Source of the DNA: Patescibacteria group bacterium
GTDB lineage: Bacteria; Patescibacteriota; Microgenomatia; Daviesbacterales; UBA10151
Direction: 5' to 3'
Assembly (NCBI GenBank): GCA_023379125.1
Contig: JAMCSY010000011.1
Location: forward strand, 5,333-69,332
DNA length: 64,000 nt
Below the pieces are notes generated by a model. It was not told the DNA's origin. It was given only the letters and a program-made list of their open reading frames with translations, and ran no database searches. Every line of letters starts with the position of its first letter. The stretch's first letter is position 1. A program made the translations under genes and the position numbers. Shown in pieces: positions 51,219 to 58,987 of this stretch.

Positions 51219-52445
51219 CTAGCTATTTCTTCTTACGATACAGTGTAGTTTTTATAATCTGTAGTTGTCAACAGTTTTTGGCATATTTTTTGCAGTTATG
51301 CAAACTAAATAGGGAAGTGTCTAAATCAAGACTTACAAGATCATCAAAATATAATCTCCAATCACGCGTTGCTTAATTCATAAACAACTAGGTAGTTGAC
51401 AACTTATGTTGGAATCAAACTTTAATATTGTGCGACATCGAGAATTTTTATTTATAATCTTACAAACGGCTTTTAAAAACCAAAAATGTTCAAGAAATCA
51501 GGTCTAAGTTAAACATAGTGAAAAAGATCAAAATATAATATTGCGTAATAGCACTAGTTAAAACGACTTTAGTACAAAGAGCGCACATCTTTTAAAACCC
51601 AACAACTAAACCTCAGCTAAATAGTTTTTCTGCTTTAGTCAATACAATCCTAAGAAGAATGTACAAATCAAGTTCTTTACACAATCAGCCATCCTAACCT
51701 ATTTTATCCAAAATAAGACTCCTAGAGGTATTTAGCCTCGAGGCCCGTAAAGGCCCCTAAAACGGCTGGAAACGGGGGAAGATGACTAGTTAGTCATCTA
51801 TAGATTAGACTGTCTCAAAGCCCTAAGTGTTAATTTTAAGAAGTTATTAATAGAGGGGCAAAAATTATCGAAAAAAATTGATAGGAAATTAGTAAAAATA
51901 GGTACAGGTTTATTAAACTTACAAAATTAATTATTTTTTATTAAATACTTTTTTAAAGCAAGTTGACCACTTCTCCGGCTACTAGGCATATACGTCGTCG
52001 TATAAGGTACATTGTGCGACATACTAGTTGGGAAGGCTTGACCCCTCTGAAGAGAGAATGGCCTCTTAATTGAGAAAACAATAAGACGGTGAGGCTAACT
52101 CACTCATGCTACATACATATCTGTGTACCACTACTAGGACTCTCCTCTCAGTAACTATACCTATAGTTTTCACGCGTGGAAACAACTTTGGGTTTTTTAT
52201 AGCAGAGAAATGTAAGAGAGTACTCTGCTCTTGGGTGTGATTGCTTTTATCATGCTCCACGAGCTACACCATATTTTATATTTTCTGGCCTCCAATAATA
52301 CCCTATAATTCTTAGTTATCCACAGTGTACTAACTATATCAGACTGTATCAACTATATTATAGGCTTATAATATTAGCACTCTTCCCTACCTTGTGTTAA
52401 CCTATTATTTTTTGGGTTATCAAATTGTTAACTAAACTACTAAGC

Positions 52446-52625
52446 CTATCCCACCCAAGAGGTTGTGATATGAGCTAAAGCTCTATCACTTTCAGGATAT
52501 GAGCTAAAGCTCTATCACTTTCAGGATATGAGCTAAAGCTCTATCACTTTCAGGATATGAGCTAAAGCTCTATCACTTTCAGGATATGAGCTAAAGCTCT
52601 ATCCCGCCCAAGAGGTTGTGATATA
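52446..52625. repeat. Perfect tandem array: 29-bp unit ATATGAGCTAAAGCTCTATCACTTTCAGG x4 plus a 21-bp partial unit, flanked on both sides by CTATCCC(A/G)CCCAAGAGGTTGTGATAT
   Basis: Direct reading; units at 52468, 52497, 52526, 52555 and partial at 52584; no intervening spacers. Confidence 0.85.
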
Positions 52626-53402
52626 GGCAATGAGGAAAATTGGGATTGCCCACTTGAGAAAACCTACCACTACTTCCCTGTTTAACCTATCCTTCAAAGC
52701 TTCTAGGCTGATACCCAAAGTAATATATAGTGTGGCTGTTAAAACCAGAGAAATCATGGCTTTTGAAATAGGCCAAAAAGATAGGGCCAAACCCACTTCT
52801 CCAATAATGAGTGAAATAATAGCTGAGTACATTAATAATCTACCAGATACACCAGCCATATCAATTGTCCAAAGTACCTGCAAAGTTAAGGGAAAGGATA
52901 GTAGAAAAACCATTAATCCATTCCACAAAAACAAAAGATCCAGTGAGTAAACTACATTAAAGAGCAAAGAAGTTGTGACAATGGTCAGAACAAAAATTAC
53001 TGTCGAGGAAACACGATAAAGCGGAATGGTTCTGATGGCGGAAATATTAAAAATATTTTGGGATAGTAGCAGAGTATAAAAAGATAAACCAAAAATTAAT
53101 GCTGCTAATATCCTCGACCAGGTACTGAGTAATAAAAAATAGTAGCCAGAAACTGATAAGGTTAAAAAAGTGGGTAGTATTAGTAAAATGATTGCCTTTA
53201 GTTTACTTAACCCCTCCCACAGTGACCAAACTGATAGAAGATAAGCAAGGACTGTCAACCCAGCAATATAATGATAACGTAAATAAAAGGGTACAAATTG
53301 GGTGCCAAATAAGCCTAAAGATAAGATAACCGCCGTAACAATAATTTTTTCTCGCTTGCTGAAGAATGGTTTACTATTTATGGAATTTAATTTTTGAGCC
53401 AT
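52599..53402 (-). CDS. Polytopic integral membrane protein, hypothetical
   Basis: About 7 TM segments; start MAQKLNS at 53402 preferred over ORF-track 53471, which overlaps ruvC. Confidence 0.45.
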   Translation of the reverse strand: MAQKLNSINSKPFFSKREKIIVTAVILSLGLFGTQFVPFYLRYHYIAGLTVLAYLLSVWSLWEGLSKLKAIILLILPTFLTLSVSGYYFLLLSTWSRILAALIFGLSFYTLLLSQNIFNISAIRTIPLYRVSSTVIFVLTIVTTSLLFNVVYSLDLLFLWNGLMVFLLSFPLTLQVLWTIDMAGVSGRLLMYSAIISLIIGEVGLALSFWPISKAMISLVLTATLYITLGISLEALKDRLNREVVVGFLKWAIPIFLIAYITTSWAG

Positions 53403-53409
53403 ATATTTT

Positions 53410-53955
53410 TCAAGCTGCTGCCATCTTGAGGACATGACAAATCGCAATAGCCAAAGCATCAGTGGCATCATCTAAATGTCCACCCTTTGGAGCAACTAAC
53501 ACACTTCTCTTTTCCCCATTGCTACCTAAGAATTTTCTCACCCCTTCATAGACCTGTTTTTTATCTGCTCTACCTGAACCTGCAACCATTAATTTAACCT
53601 GTAATCCAGTATATTCATGAACAGGAATATTATGCTGAGCAGCAGCGAGCATAACCACCCCTCTCGCCTGCCCCACAGCAATAGCTGTTTTAGTATTAGC
53701 CCCAAAAAACAACATCTCAATCACAATCATATCAGGCTGGTATTTCTCAATCACTAAGTTTAACTGGTTATAAATCATCAACAATCTCTCTTGGGCAATT
53801 CTATCTTTGGGTGTGGAGATATTATCGTAGTGGATTAAATCAAGATCATAATCAAATTTCCTACCTAAGATATCTTCTGGAACTTTGATTAAACCATAAC
53901 CAGTAGTAGCTGTACCTGGATCTATACCCAAAATAACCATCAATCTAGTATACAC
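53410..53955 (-). CDS. ruvC: Holliday junction resolvase RuvC
   Basis: 181 aa; ILGIDPGTATTGYGLI and catalytic acidic residues. Confidence 0.85.
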   Translation of the reverse strand: MYTRLMVILGIDPGTATTGYGLIKVPEDILGRKFDYDLDLIHYDNISTPKDRIAQERLLMIYNQLNLVIEKYQPDMIVIEMLFFGANTKTAIAVGQARGVVMLAAAQHNIPVHEYTGLQVKLMVAGSGRADKKQVYEGVRKFLGSNGEKRSVLVAPKGGHLDDATDALAIAICHVLKMAAA

Positions 53956-53961
53956 CTTTCG

Positions 53962-54669
53962 CTAGCTTGTTACCCCAGTTAAGTGACCATCTGGATGATA
54001 ATCAGGTACAAACGCAAAATCATCTTTTATCAGCCTATATCCATTTTGCACCGAGGAGGCATCTGATATCGTCTCAATTCTGTAGGAAGACTTACTAAGA
54101 TGTTTTCTTAACTTGGAAGCATAAACTCTTAGCGAATCATCGATCTCTTCTATCCCCCAAGTAGGCCAGATGTGTTGGCGAAAATCTCTTTTGCTGACCT
54201 TTATTCCTGGACTTTGCCAAAGTCTGTACAATATTTTCATCTCAGTTAAGTCAAGATCTAATCCTTGCACTCCTAAACCATAACCAATTCTAGTTTTTGA
54301 AAAAATTGCTGTCGGCAACTCGTGACCTCTGTTTATTTTACAGATGTATAGGGAGACAGCGCAGCGAGCATTACGGGAGACGTCTCCTCGAGAGCAAGAT
54401 ACTACCAAACGATCTTTTGAAACAAGATAACCTGCATGTTTACCTAACAGTAAAACAAGAGCATCTTTAATTCGCAATTCCTGTGATCTATCGCTTAGGT
54501 GGATTGATTGTTCAGCCAAGGAACCTATTTCTGCACTATTGGCTGCTCTGGACATCAAGCCTATTTCGTGTAACCATTCTTGGTAACAAGGGTCTAGATG
54601 AGGAGCCTCCTGAATATTATGAAACCGATTAATTATTCTCTCAAACTCTACCGACTGCATCTTCAGCAA
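53962..54669 (-). CDS. Protein with C-terminal OmpR/PhoB-type winged-helix DNA-binding domain and a non-receiver N-domain
   Basis: 235 aa; C-terminal LYRLWQSPGIKVSKRDFRQHIWPTWGIEEIDDSLRVYASKLRKHL resembles trans_reg_C; TTG or internal ATG start. Confidence 0.45.
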   Translation of the reverse strand: MLKMQSVEFERIINRFHNIQEAPHLDPCYQEWLHEIGLMSRAANSAEIGSLAEQSIHLSDRSQELRIKDALVLLLGKHAGYLVSKDRLVVSCSRGDVSRNARCAVSLYICKINRGHELPTAIFSKTRIGYGLGVQGLDLDLTEMKILYRLWQSPGIKVSKRDFRQHIWPTWGIEEIDDSLRVYASKLRKHLSKSSYRIETISDASSVQNGYRLIKDDFAFVPDYHPDGHLTGVTS

Positions 54670-54674
54670 TTTTT

Positions 54675-54806
54675 AAATGAAGCTCCACGGCCTAACGGCC
54701 GTGGTATCCTCTCAGCTTCACAGCTTTAGCTGTGATAATTTAAGCATTCATCCATTTTCCAACGAGCATGGTTTTCTGCTTTCGCTGATAAATATCCCAG
54801 GTTGCT
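54675..54806. repeat. Structured intergenic repeat, family 2, copy A
   Basis: About 85% identical to 58655-58786. Hairpins CCACGGCC-TAAC-GGCCGTGG and TCACAGCT-TT-AGCTGTGA. Lies between the yebC stop and the 53962-54669 start. Confidence 0.7.
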
Positions 54807-54830
54807 AGCCTGAATCTTGCTGCTAAACTT

Positions 54831-55613
54831 TCAAAGGATATTTTCTGGAATATCAAAATTAGCAAAAACTTTTTGAATATCATCTTGGTCTTCTAATTTC
54901 TCGGTAAAATCTAATATTTTTTGGGCTATTTCTTTATCATTAATCTGCATAGTAGTTGTAGGTTTAAACACTAACCCAGATTCCTCTACCGCAAAGCCAG
55001 ATTGAGTAATCTTATTACCCATAGTATATAGTTCTGGGCCTTCTACATAGATTAAATACTTATTCTCACCCTCTTCTGTAAAAGCATCAACATCCTCTGC
55101 TCCCAAATCAATTAGCTCCAGCATCTCATCATCTACCTCTCCACCTTTGCCCTTTACTTCATCTACCTCTCCACCTTTGCCCTTTACTTTTAATTCTCCC
55201 TTTCTTTCAAACATATAAGCTACACTTCCTTGCCCTCCCAAAGCCCCTCCACTGTGTTCAAACAGGCTTTTGACTATTTGGTTGGTTCTTAACTTATTAT
55301 CTGTCACACCTTCCACCAAAAAGGCTACTCTACCAGGACCAAAACCCTCATATAAAACTTCTTCAAGTGTTTGGCCAGGTAAATTACCCAGACCGCGATC
55401 AATAGCTCGCTGGACATTTTCCTTAGGCATATTTATCTTGCGGGCTTCTTCTAAAGCCTCACGCAGGCGAGGATTTGTATTTGGATCACCCGAATTACCC
55501 AATCTAGTGGCAATAGTGATGGCATTGGCAATTTTCGTAAACATCATCCCACGTTTAACATCAGCCACACCTTTTTGTCTTTTAATTTGCGCCCATTTTG
55601 AATGTCCCGACAT
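54831..55613 (-). CDS. yebC: YebC/PmpR-family transcriptional regulator with in-frame 10-aa tandem duplication
   Basis: 260 aa; MSGHSKWAQIKRQKG..MFTKIANAITIA; VKGKGGEVDE x2 is encoded by a 30-bp direct DNA repeat at 55128-55187. Confidence 0.85.
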   Translation of the reverse strand: MSGHSKWAQIKRQKGVADVKRGMMFTKIANAITIATRLGNSGDPNTNPRLREALEEARKINMPKENVQRAIDRGLGNLPGQTLEEVLYEGFGPGRVAFLVEGVTDNKLRTNQIVKSLFEHSGGALGGQGSVAYMFERKGELKVKGKGGEVDEVKGKGGEVDDEMLELIDLGAEDVDAFTEEGENKYLIYVEGPELYTMGNKITQSGFAVEESGLVFKPTTTMQINDKEIAQKILDFTEKLEDQDDIQKVFANFDIPENIL

Positions 55614-55763
55614 ATTGTTACTCCTAAATTACATTCAAAAAGAAGCGTATTAGCGATTCATTTTGAATGACCTGACTTATATTCCCCTCCTTTGAAATGA
55701 CGTTCAAAAGAGGTGCTTCAGCAACTCATTTTGAATGTCCCGACATATTGTTACTCCTAAATT
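55594..55763 (-). promoter_or_regulatory. Reiterated yebC translation-initiation region: three copies of TCATTTTGAATG(A/T)CC(T/C)GAC; the distal copy (55727-55763) equals RBS + ATG + the first 6 codons
   Basis: On the mRNA strand AATTTAGGAGTAACAATATGTCGGGACATTCAAAATGA gives MSGHSK-stop. The true gene has TGG (Trp) in place of TGA. Confidence 0.5.
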
Positions 55764-55900
55764 GGCATTATTTGTTGGCGATCTCTGCCATTATTACAGG
55801 ACTAATCTTAATCGTATTAGCCTCTTTTTTCAAGTCCATTCATCTAAAAAGGAGCAAACCTTTATCTGATAAAGATCCCAGCTAAGCTGAGTCACATTGC

Positions 55901-56686
55901 TTGACAAGAGATATTGCAATTACTTATACTCCTTTGCTAATGGATGATTCATCTGCCTCCCTCAAACAGCGGGCAATTACTGCTGCACTATCTGCAAATT
56001 GGGAAGAGGCTTTAGCAATTAACCAAGAAATTTTGACCAGTGAACCCAACAACGTTGATGCACTCAATCGTATCGCCCGCGCTTATTTTGAGCTGGGTGA
56101 TTTTAAATTATCCAAAAAAAACTATCAAGAAAGTCTCAAAATAGATCCTTATAATCAGATTGCCTATAAATTTATCAAAAGAATTGAGGCTTGTGCCAAA
56201 AAAGGAGTTAAATTGCCTAATGGGAAAAATGGTAAAAACCATTCTATCTTAGAAACAATTAGCAATTTATCTGATCTTTTTATTGAAGAGCCTGGTAAAA
56301 CCAAAGTGGTGAATTTACTGAAAGTTGCTGAGCCAAAAAAACTTTCTTTTTTATCTCCAGGTACACCTGTATTACTAGTACTTAGGAATCGTTGTATTGC
56401 AGTGACTGATCAGAATTCTGATTATTTAGGAGTGTTGCCTGATGATTTATCACATCAGTTAACCAGATTAATTAATGGTGGTAATAAATACCAAGCTTTA
56501 ATTAAAACTGTAAAGATTAATGCCATTGCTATTCTCATTAGAGAAATTTATCGTTCAACTCGTTTTAGGAATCAGCCTTCATTTTTGGAAAACAGTGGAG
56601 AAACTTTTAGTTACTCCTCGGATAACATTTATTTTGGCGACACAGAAGATTCTAGTGAGGATACAGAAAACGAAGAAGAAAGCTAG
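55901..56686 (+). CDS. TPR-repeat protein with acidic C-terminus
   Basis: 261 aa; N-terminal 100 aa has 2-3 TPR-like repeats (ALAINQEIL.., ALNRIARAYFELGDF.., KKNYQESLKIDPYN). Confidence 0.45.
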   Translation: MTRDIAITYTPLLMDDSSASLKQRAITAALSANWEEALAINQEILTSEPNNVDALNRIARAYFELGDFKLSKKNYQESLKIDPYNQIAYKFIKRIEACAKKGVKLPNGKNGKNHSILETISNLSDLFIEEPGKTKVVNLLKVAEPKKLSFLSPGTPVLLVLRNRCIAVTDQNSDYLGVLPDDLSHQLTRLINGGNKYQALIKTVKINAIAILIREIYRSTRFRNQPSFLENSGETFSYSSDNIYFGDTEDSSEDTENEEES

Positions 56687-57489
56687 TTAACTAAATTGCA
56701 GATTTCTGTATTACTCAAAAATACGATTCCATTTTCTTTAGACTGACTTAAGGGTTGACCAATTACCTGAGTAAAAAACGCTGTCCCAATCGCTCTTTCT
56801 CGATAATAGGTAGCAATTTGCTCACTAGTAAAACGCTGTGGCAACATCGATAAACCAGATAGCCGATAATTGTTAATTAGTTGATCTTTTAGTTCACCCA
56901 CACGGCTGGCTGTCCCAACCAGTGATAAGCCACGCAGTGAGGCACAAAACATTGGCTCAGAATCAGCTTGAGTTGGTTCCCTTCGTAAACTGCCAACTAA
57001 CTTGCCAACTGGACTTTGCTGAACTGGTTGTAATACTATTTGCCACCAATATTGCTCATTTTCATCTAATTTTGGAGGTTTGATCTGTTTACTACCCGCT
57101 TGGTAAGTCAGTGAGCGCTTACCTACTTCCCAAGCATTTAATTGTGAGTCAGGGTCTTTCACAGCAGAAGTTTGAGCATAATCTTCCAATTCTAATAAGT
57201 CGAGTTTGGTCCCAAAAAGATTTACTACCTCTTCAGGAGCAAAAATTGCCAATGCTTCCCTATCCCCTTTATAGAGTTTCTCTAAAGAAACAATTAGCCC
57301 TCGTGGAATAATTGTTTGGTAAATTTGTGCCAGCACTTCTGTTGTTAACTCGGCTGGCTTTCTAATTAAATAAACTGAATATTTAGTGGGTAAATTAAAA
57401 GGAGTTTCTCGAAAATCACTCATTGATCGAACAGCTAGAATCAACGAGATGCCAACAACTAAAAAGAATAATAAAAACCAGATAACCAT
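56683..57489 (-). CDS. Hypothetical membrane-anchored protein
   Basis: 268 aa; N-terminal TM; overlaps neighbours by 4 nt. Confidence 0.4.
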   Translation of the reverse strand: MVIWFLLFFLVVGISLILAVRSMSDFRETPFNLPTKYSVYLIRKPAELTTEVLAQIYQTIIPRGLIVSLEKLYKGDREALAIFAPEEVVNLFGTKLDLLELEDYAQTSAVKDPDSQLNAWEVGKRSLTYQAGSKQIKPPKLDENEQYWWQIVLQPVQQSPVGKLVGSLRREPTQADSEPMFCASLRGLSLVGTASRVGELKDQLINNYRLSGLSMLPQRFTSEQIATYYRERAIGTAFFTQVIGQPLSQSKENGIVFLSNTEICNLVN

Positions 57490-57494
57490 AAATT

Positions 57495-58610
57495 TTATCT
57501 GTTAGAGTGATCTGTATAAAAATCCTCACCGAGAATGATTGTAATATCCGCGCGATTGAGATCAACAGCTTCACCTAACTTGCCAGAAATTATATCACAA
57601 CTACCCTGATTAGCTGAGAAAAATAGACTACTAGAACGCTGCAAACAGCTTGGCCGAAATGCTTGAGTGGCTCTCTGCTTAGTCCAGCTTTGTTTGCCTA
57701 GTATCAAAGTATTTGCTAAATCATCCTGGCTGTTGGCAGTAAAAATCACCCGTCCTCCTAAATTAGTAATCACCCGAGCGGCTTGTTCAGCTAGTAATGG
57801 ATGAGCAGTGGAGTTATAAATTCCCACAGTCAAACCTTCTTGTTCAATCTGATTATCATACATATGAGCCATCACGTACTGATCAGTAACTGATTGTTTG
57901 AGACTCAATACACGACTACCGTCAGCCAGAACTTGCCAATTGGTAGCTTCACTTGATTGCAAATCAAGATTATCAACTTTGTCACTTCGAATTGAGCTCA
58001 AAACATGTGCTAGTTTCACAAGCTCGACCAAACTAAGATCTGTCTTGCTTTGCTGTATTAAATTCAAACTATCCCAGGGTGATTTACGAATCCTATCTAA
58101 CATTTCACTCACCGGAGTCTGAGATAAATCCTCGGTAAAAATTAAATAACCGTCAACAGGTATGGCCAAATTTAAAGCCAGAGTTTCTTTCAGCAACTGT
58201 GCTCCCATGGGAGGTTTTTCATCTTGACCCAAGCCATAAATACTGCTCACCAACCACTGACCAAAACCATGTGGTAAATCAAGATAGGCTTTATCAGGAA
58301 CAGTAATAATAGTGGCAGCTTTATCAATAGGGTTAACTGAGACTAGATAAATCTGATCACTTTTGATAGCTAAATTAATTGTGTTTGTGCCATTCCAACT
58401 GTAATATTTATCTACTGGCAGGGCATCAGGAGCATAAGGTTGTCCTAAACCCACAATAAAACTAATTAGCTTACCAATAATAATCAGCAAAACCACTAAA
58501 CCTAGGGCAAATAAGCCTAAGCCCAGTTTACTGCGCGAGGAAGACGAACGACGAATACTTTTCCTTTTATTAACTTTTTTTAAGACGGATCTAGCCATAC
58601 TAATTCTCAC
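57495..58610 (-). CDS. LytR-CpsA-Psr (LCP) family cell-envelope phosphotransferase
   Basis: 371 aa; N-terminal basic tail + TM; NTINLAIKSDQIYLVSVNPIDKAATIITVPDKAYLD resembles LCP core. Confidence 0.65.
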   Translation of the reverse strand: MRISMARSVLKKVNKRKSIRRSSSSRSKLGLGLFALGLVVLLIIIGKLISFIVGLGQPYAPDALPVDKYYSWNGTNTINLAIKSDQIYLVSVNPIDKAATIITVPDKAYLDLPHGFGQWLVSSIYGLGQDEKPPMGAQLLKETLALNLAIPVDGYLIFTEDLSQTPVSEMLDRIRKSPWDSLNLIQQSKTDLSLVELVKLAHVLSSIRSDKVDNLDLQSSEATNWQVLADGSRVLSLKQSVTDQYVMAHMYDNQIEQEGLTVGIYNSTAHPLLAEQAARVITNLGGRVIFTANSQDDLANTLILGKQSWTKQRATQAFRPSCLQRSSSLFFSANQGSCDIISGKLGEAVDLNRADITIILGEDFYTDHSNR

Positions 58611-58654
58611 CGGCTCCGTCTATTCCAGTGGTTTTTCTGCTCTTAACTCTAGCA

Positions 58655-58786
58655 AATGAAGCTCCATAGCCTAACGGCTAGGTATCTTCTCAGCTTCACA
58701 GCTAAAGCTGCTGATTGAAAGCATTTATCCATGTTCCAACAAGCATGGTTTTCTGTTCTCGCTCATAAAATTATTCCCAAGGTTGC
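58655..58786. repeat. Structured intergenic repeat, family 2, copy B
   Basis: Hairpin TAGCC-TAAC-GGCTA, with CG to TA compensatory changes relative to copy A. Sits immediately upstream of the LCP gene. Confidence 0.7.
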
Positions 58787-58905
58787 TTTTTCTTACCAAC
58801 AATTTGTGGGGGCGTAAAAACAGGAGCACTGGAAAACTTGACCGGTTGCTCACCTTTTTTCTTTTTTTTCTTTTCCCCTTTAAAATATGATCCAAAACCT
58901 GCCAT
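58771..58905 (-). CDS. Possible small Lys-rich protein (44 aa, MAGFGSYFKGEKKKKKKGEQPVKFSSAPVFTPPQIVGKKKQPWE)
   Basis: Strong SD GGAGGTGGTGA 4 nt upstream of ATG; not in ORF track (short). Confidence 0.3.
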   Translation of the reverse strand: MAGFGSYFKGEKKKKKKGEQPVKFSSAPVFTPPQIVGKKKQPWE

Positions 58906-58987
58906 CTATCACCACCTCCTATGGTTAATTACTAGTTTAGAAAAAATCTGAAGCTAAATCAAGTTGTTTTAAGATCACTGGTTAATT

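Noticed and set aside
51500-51560. dif-like XerCD site near the recombinase (AAAATATAATATTGCGTAATAG)
   Set aside because: It matches only loosely the 11-6-11 dif consensus arms, so this is not a supportable call.
51960-52270. tmRNA or RNase P RNA in the long noncoding region
   Set aside because: No tRNA-like 3' end (..TCCACCA), no tag-peptide reading frame, and no P4/P10-P12 consensus blocks (AGGAAAGTCCGGGCTCC, GGTGAAANGGTGCGGTAAGAGCGCACC) were recognised by eye. It is left as an unassigned structured region.
52446-52625. Possible CRISPR array
   Set aside because: The 29-bp units abut each other with no spacers and are perfectly identical, and no cas genes are nearby. It is a tandem satellite or iteron-like array and not a CRISPR array.
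55270-55885. Plus-strand ORFs 55270-55653 and 55697-55885
   Set aside because: The first is antisense to conserved yebC. The second lies in the reiterated yebC leader and reads the repeated motif in another frame. Both are judged spurious.
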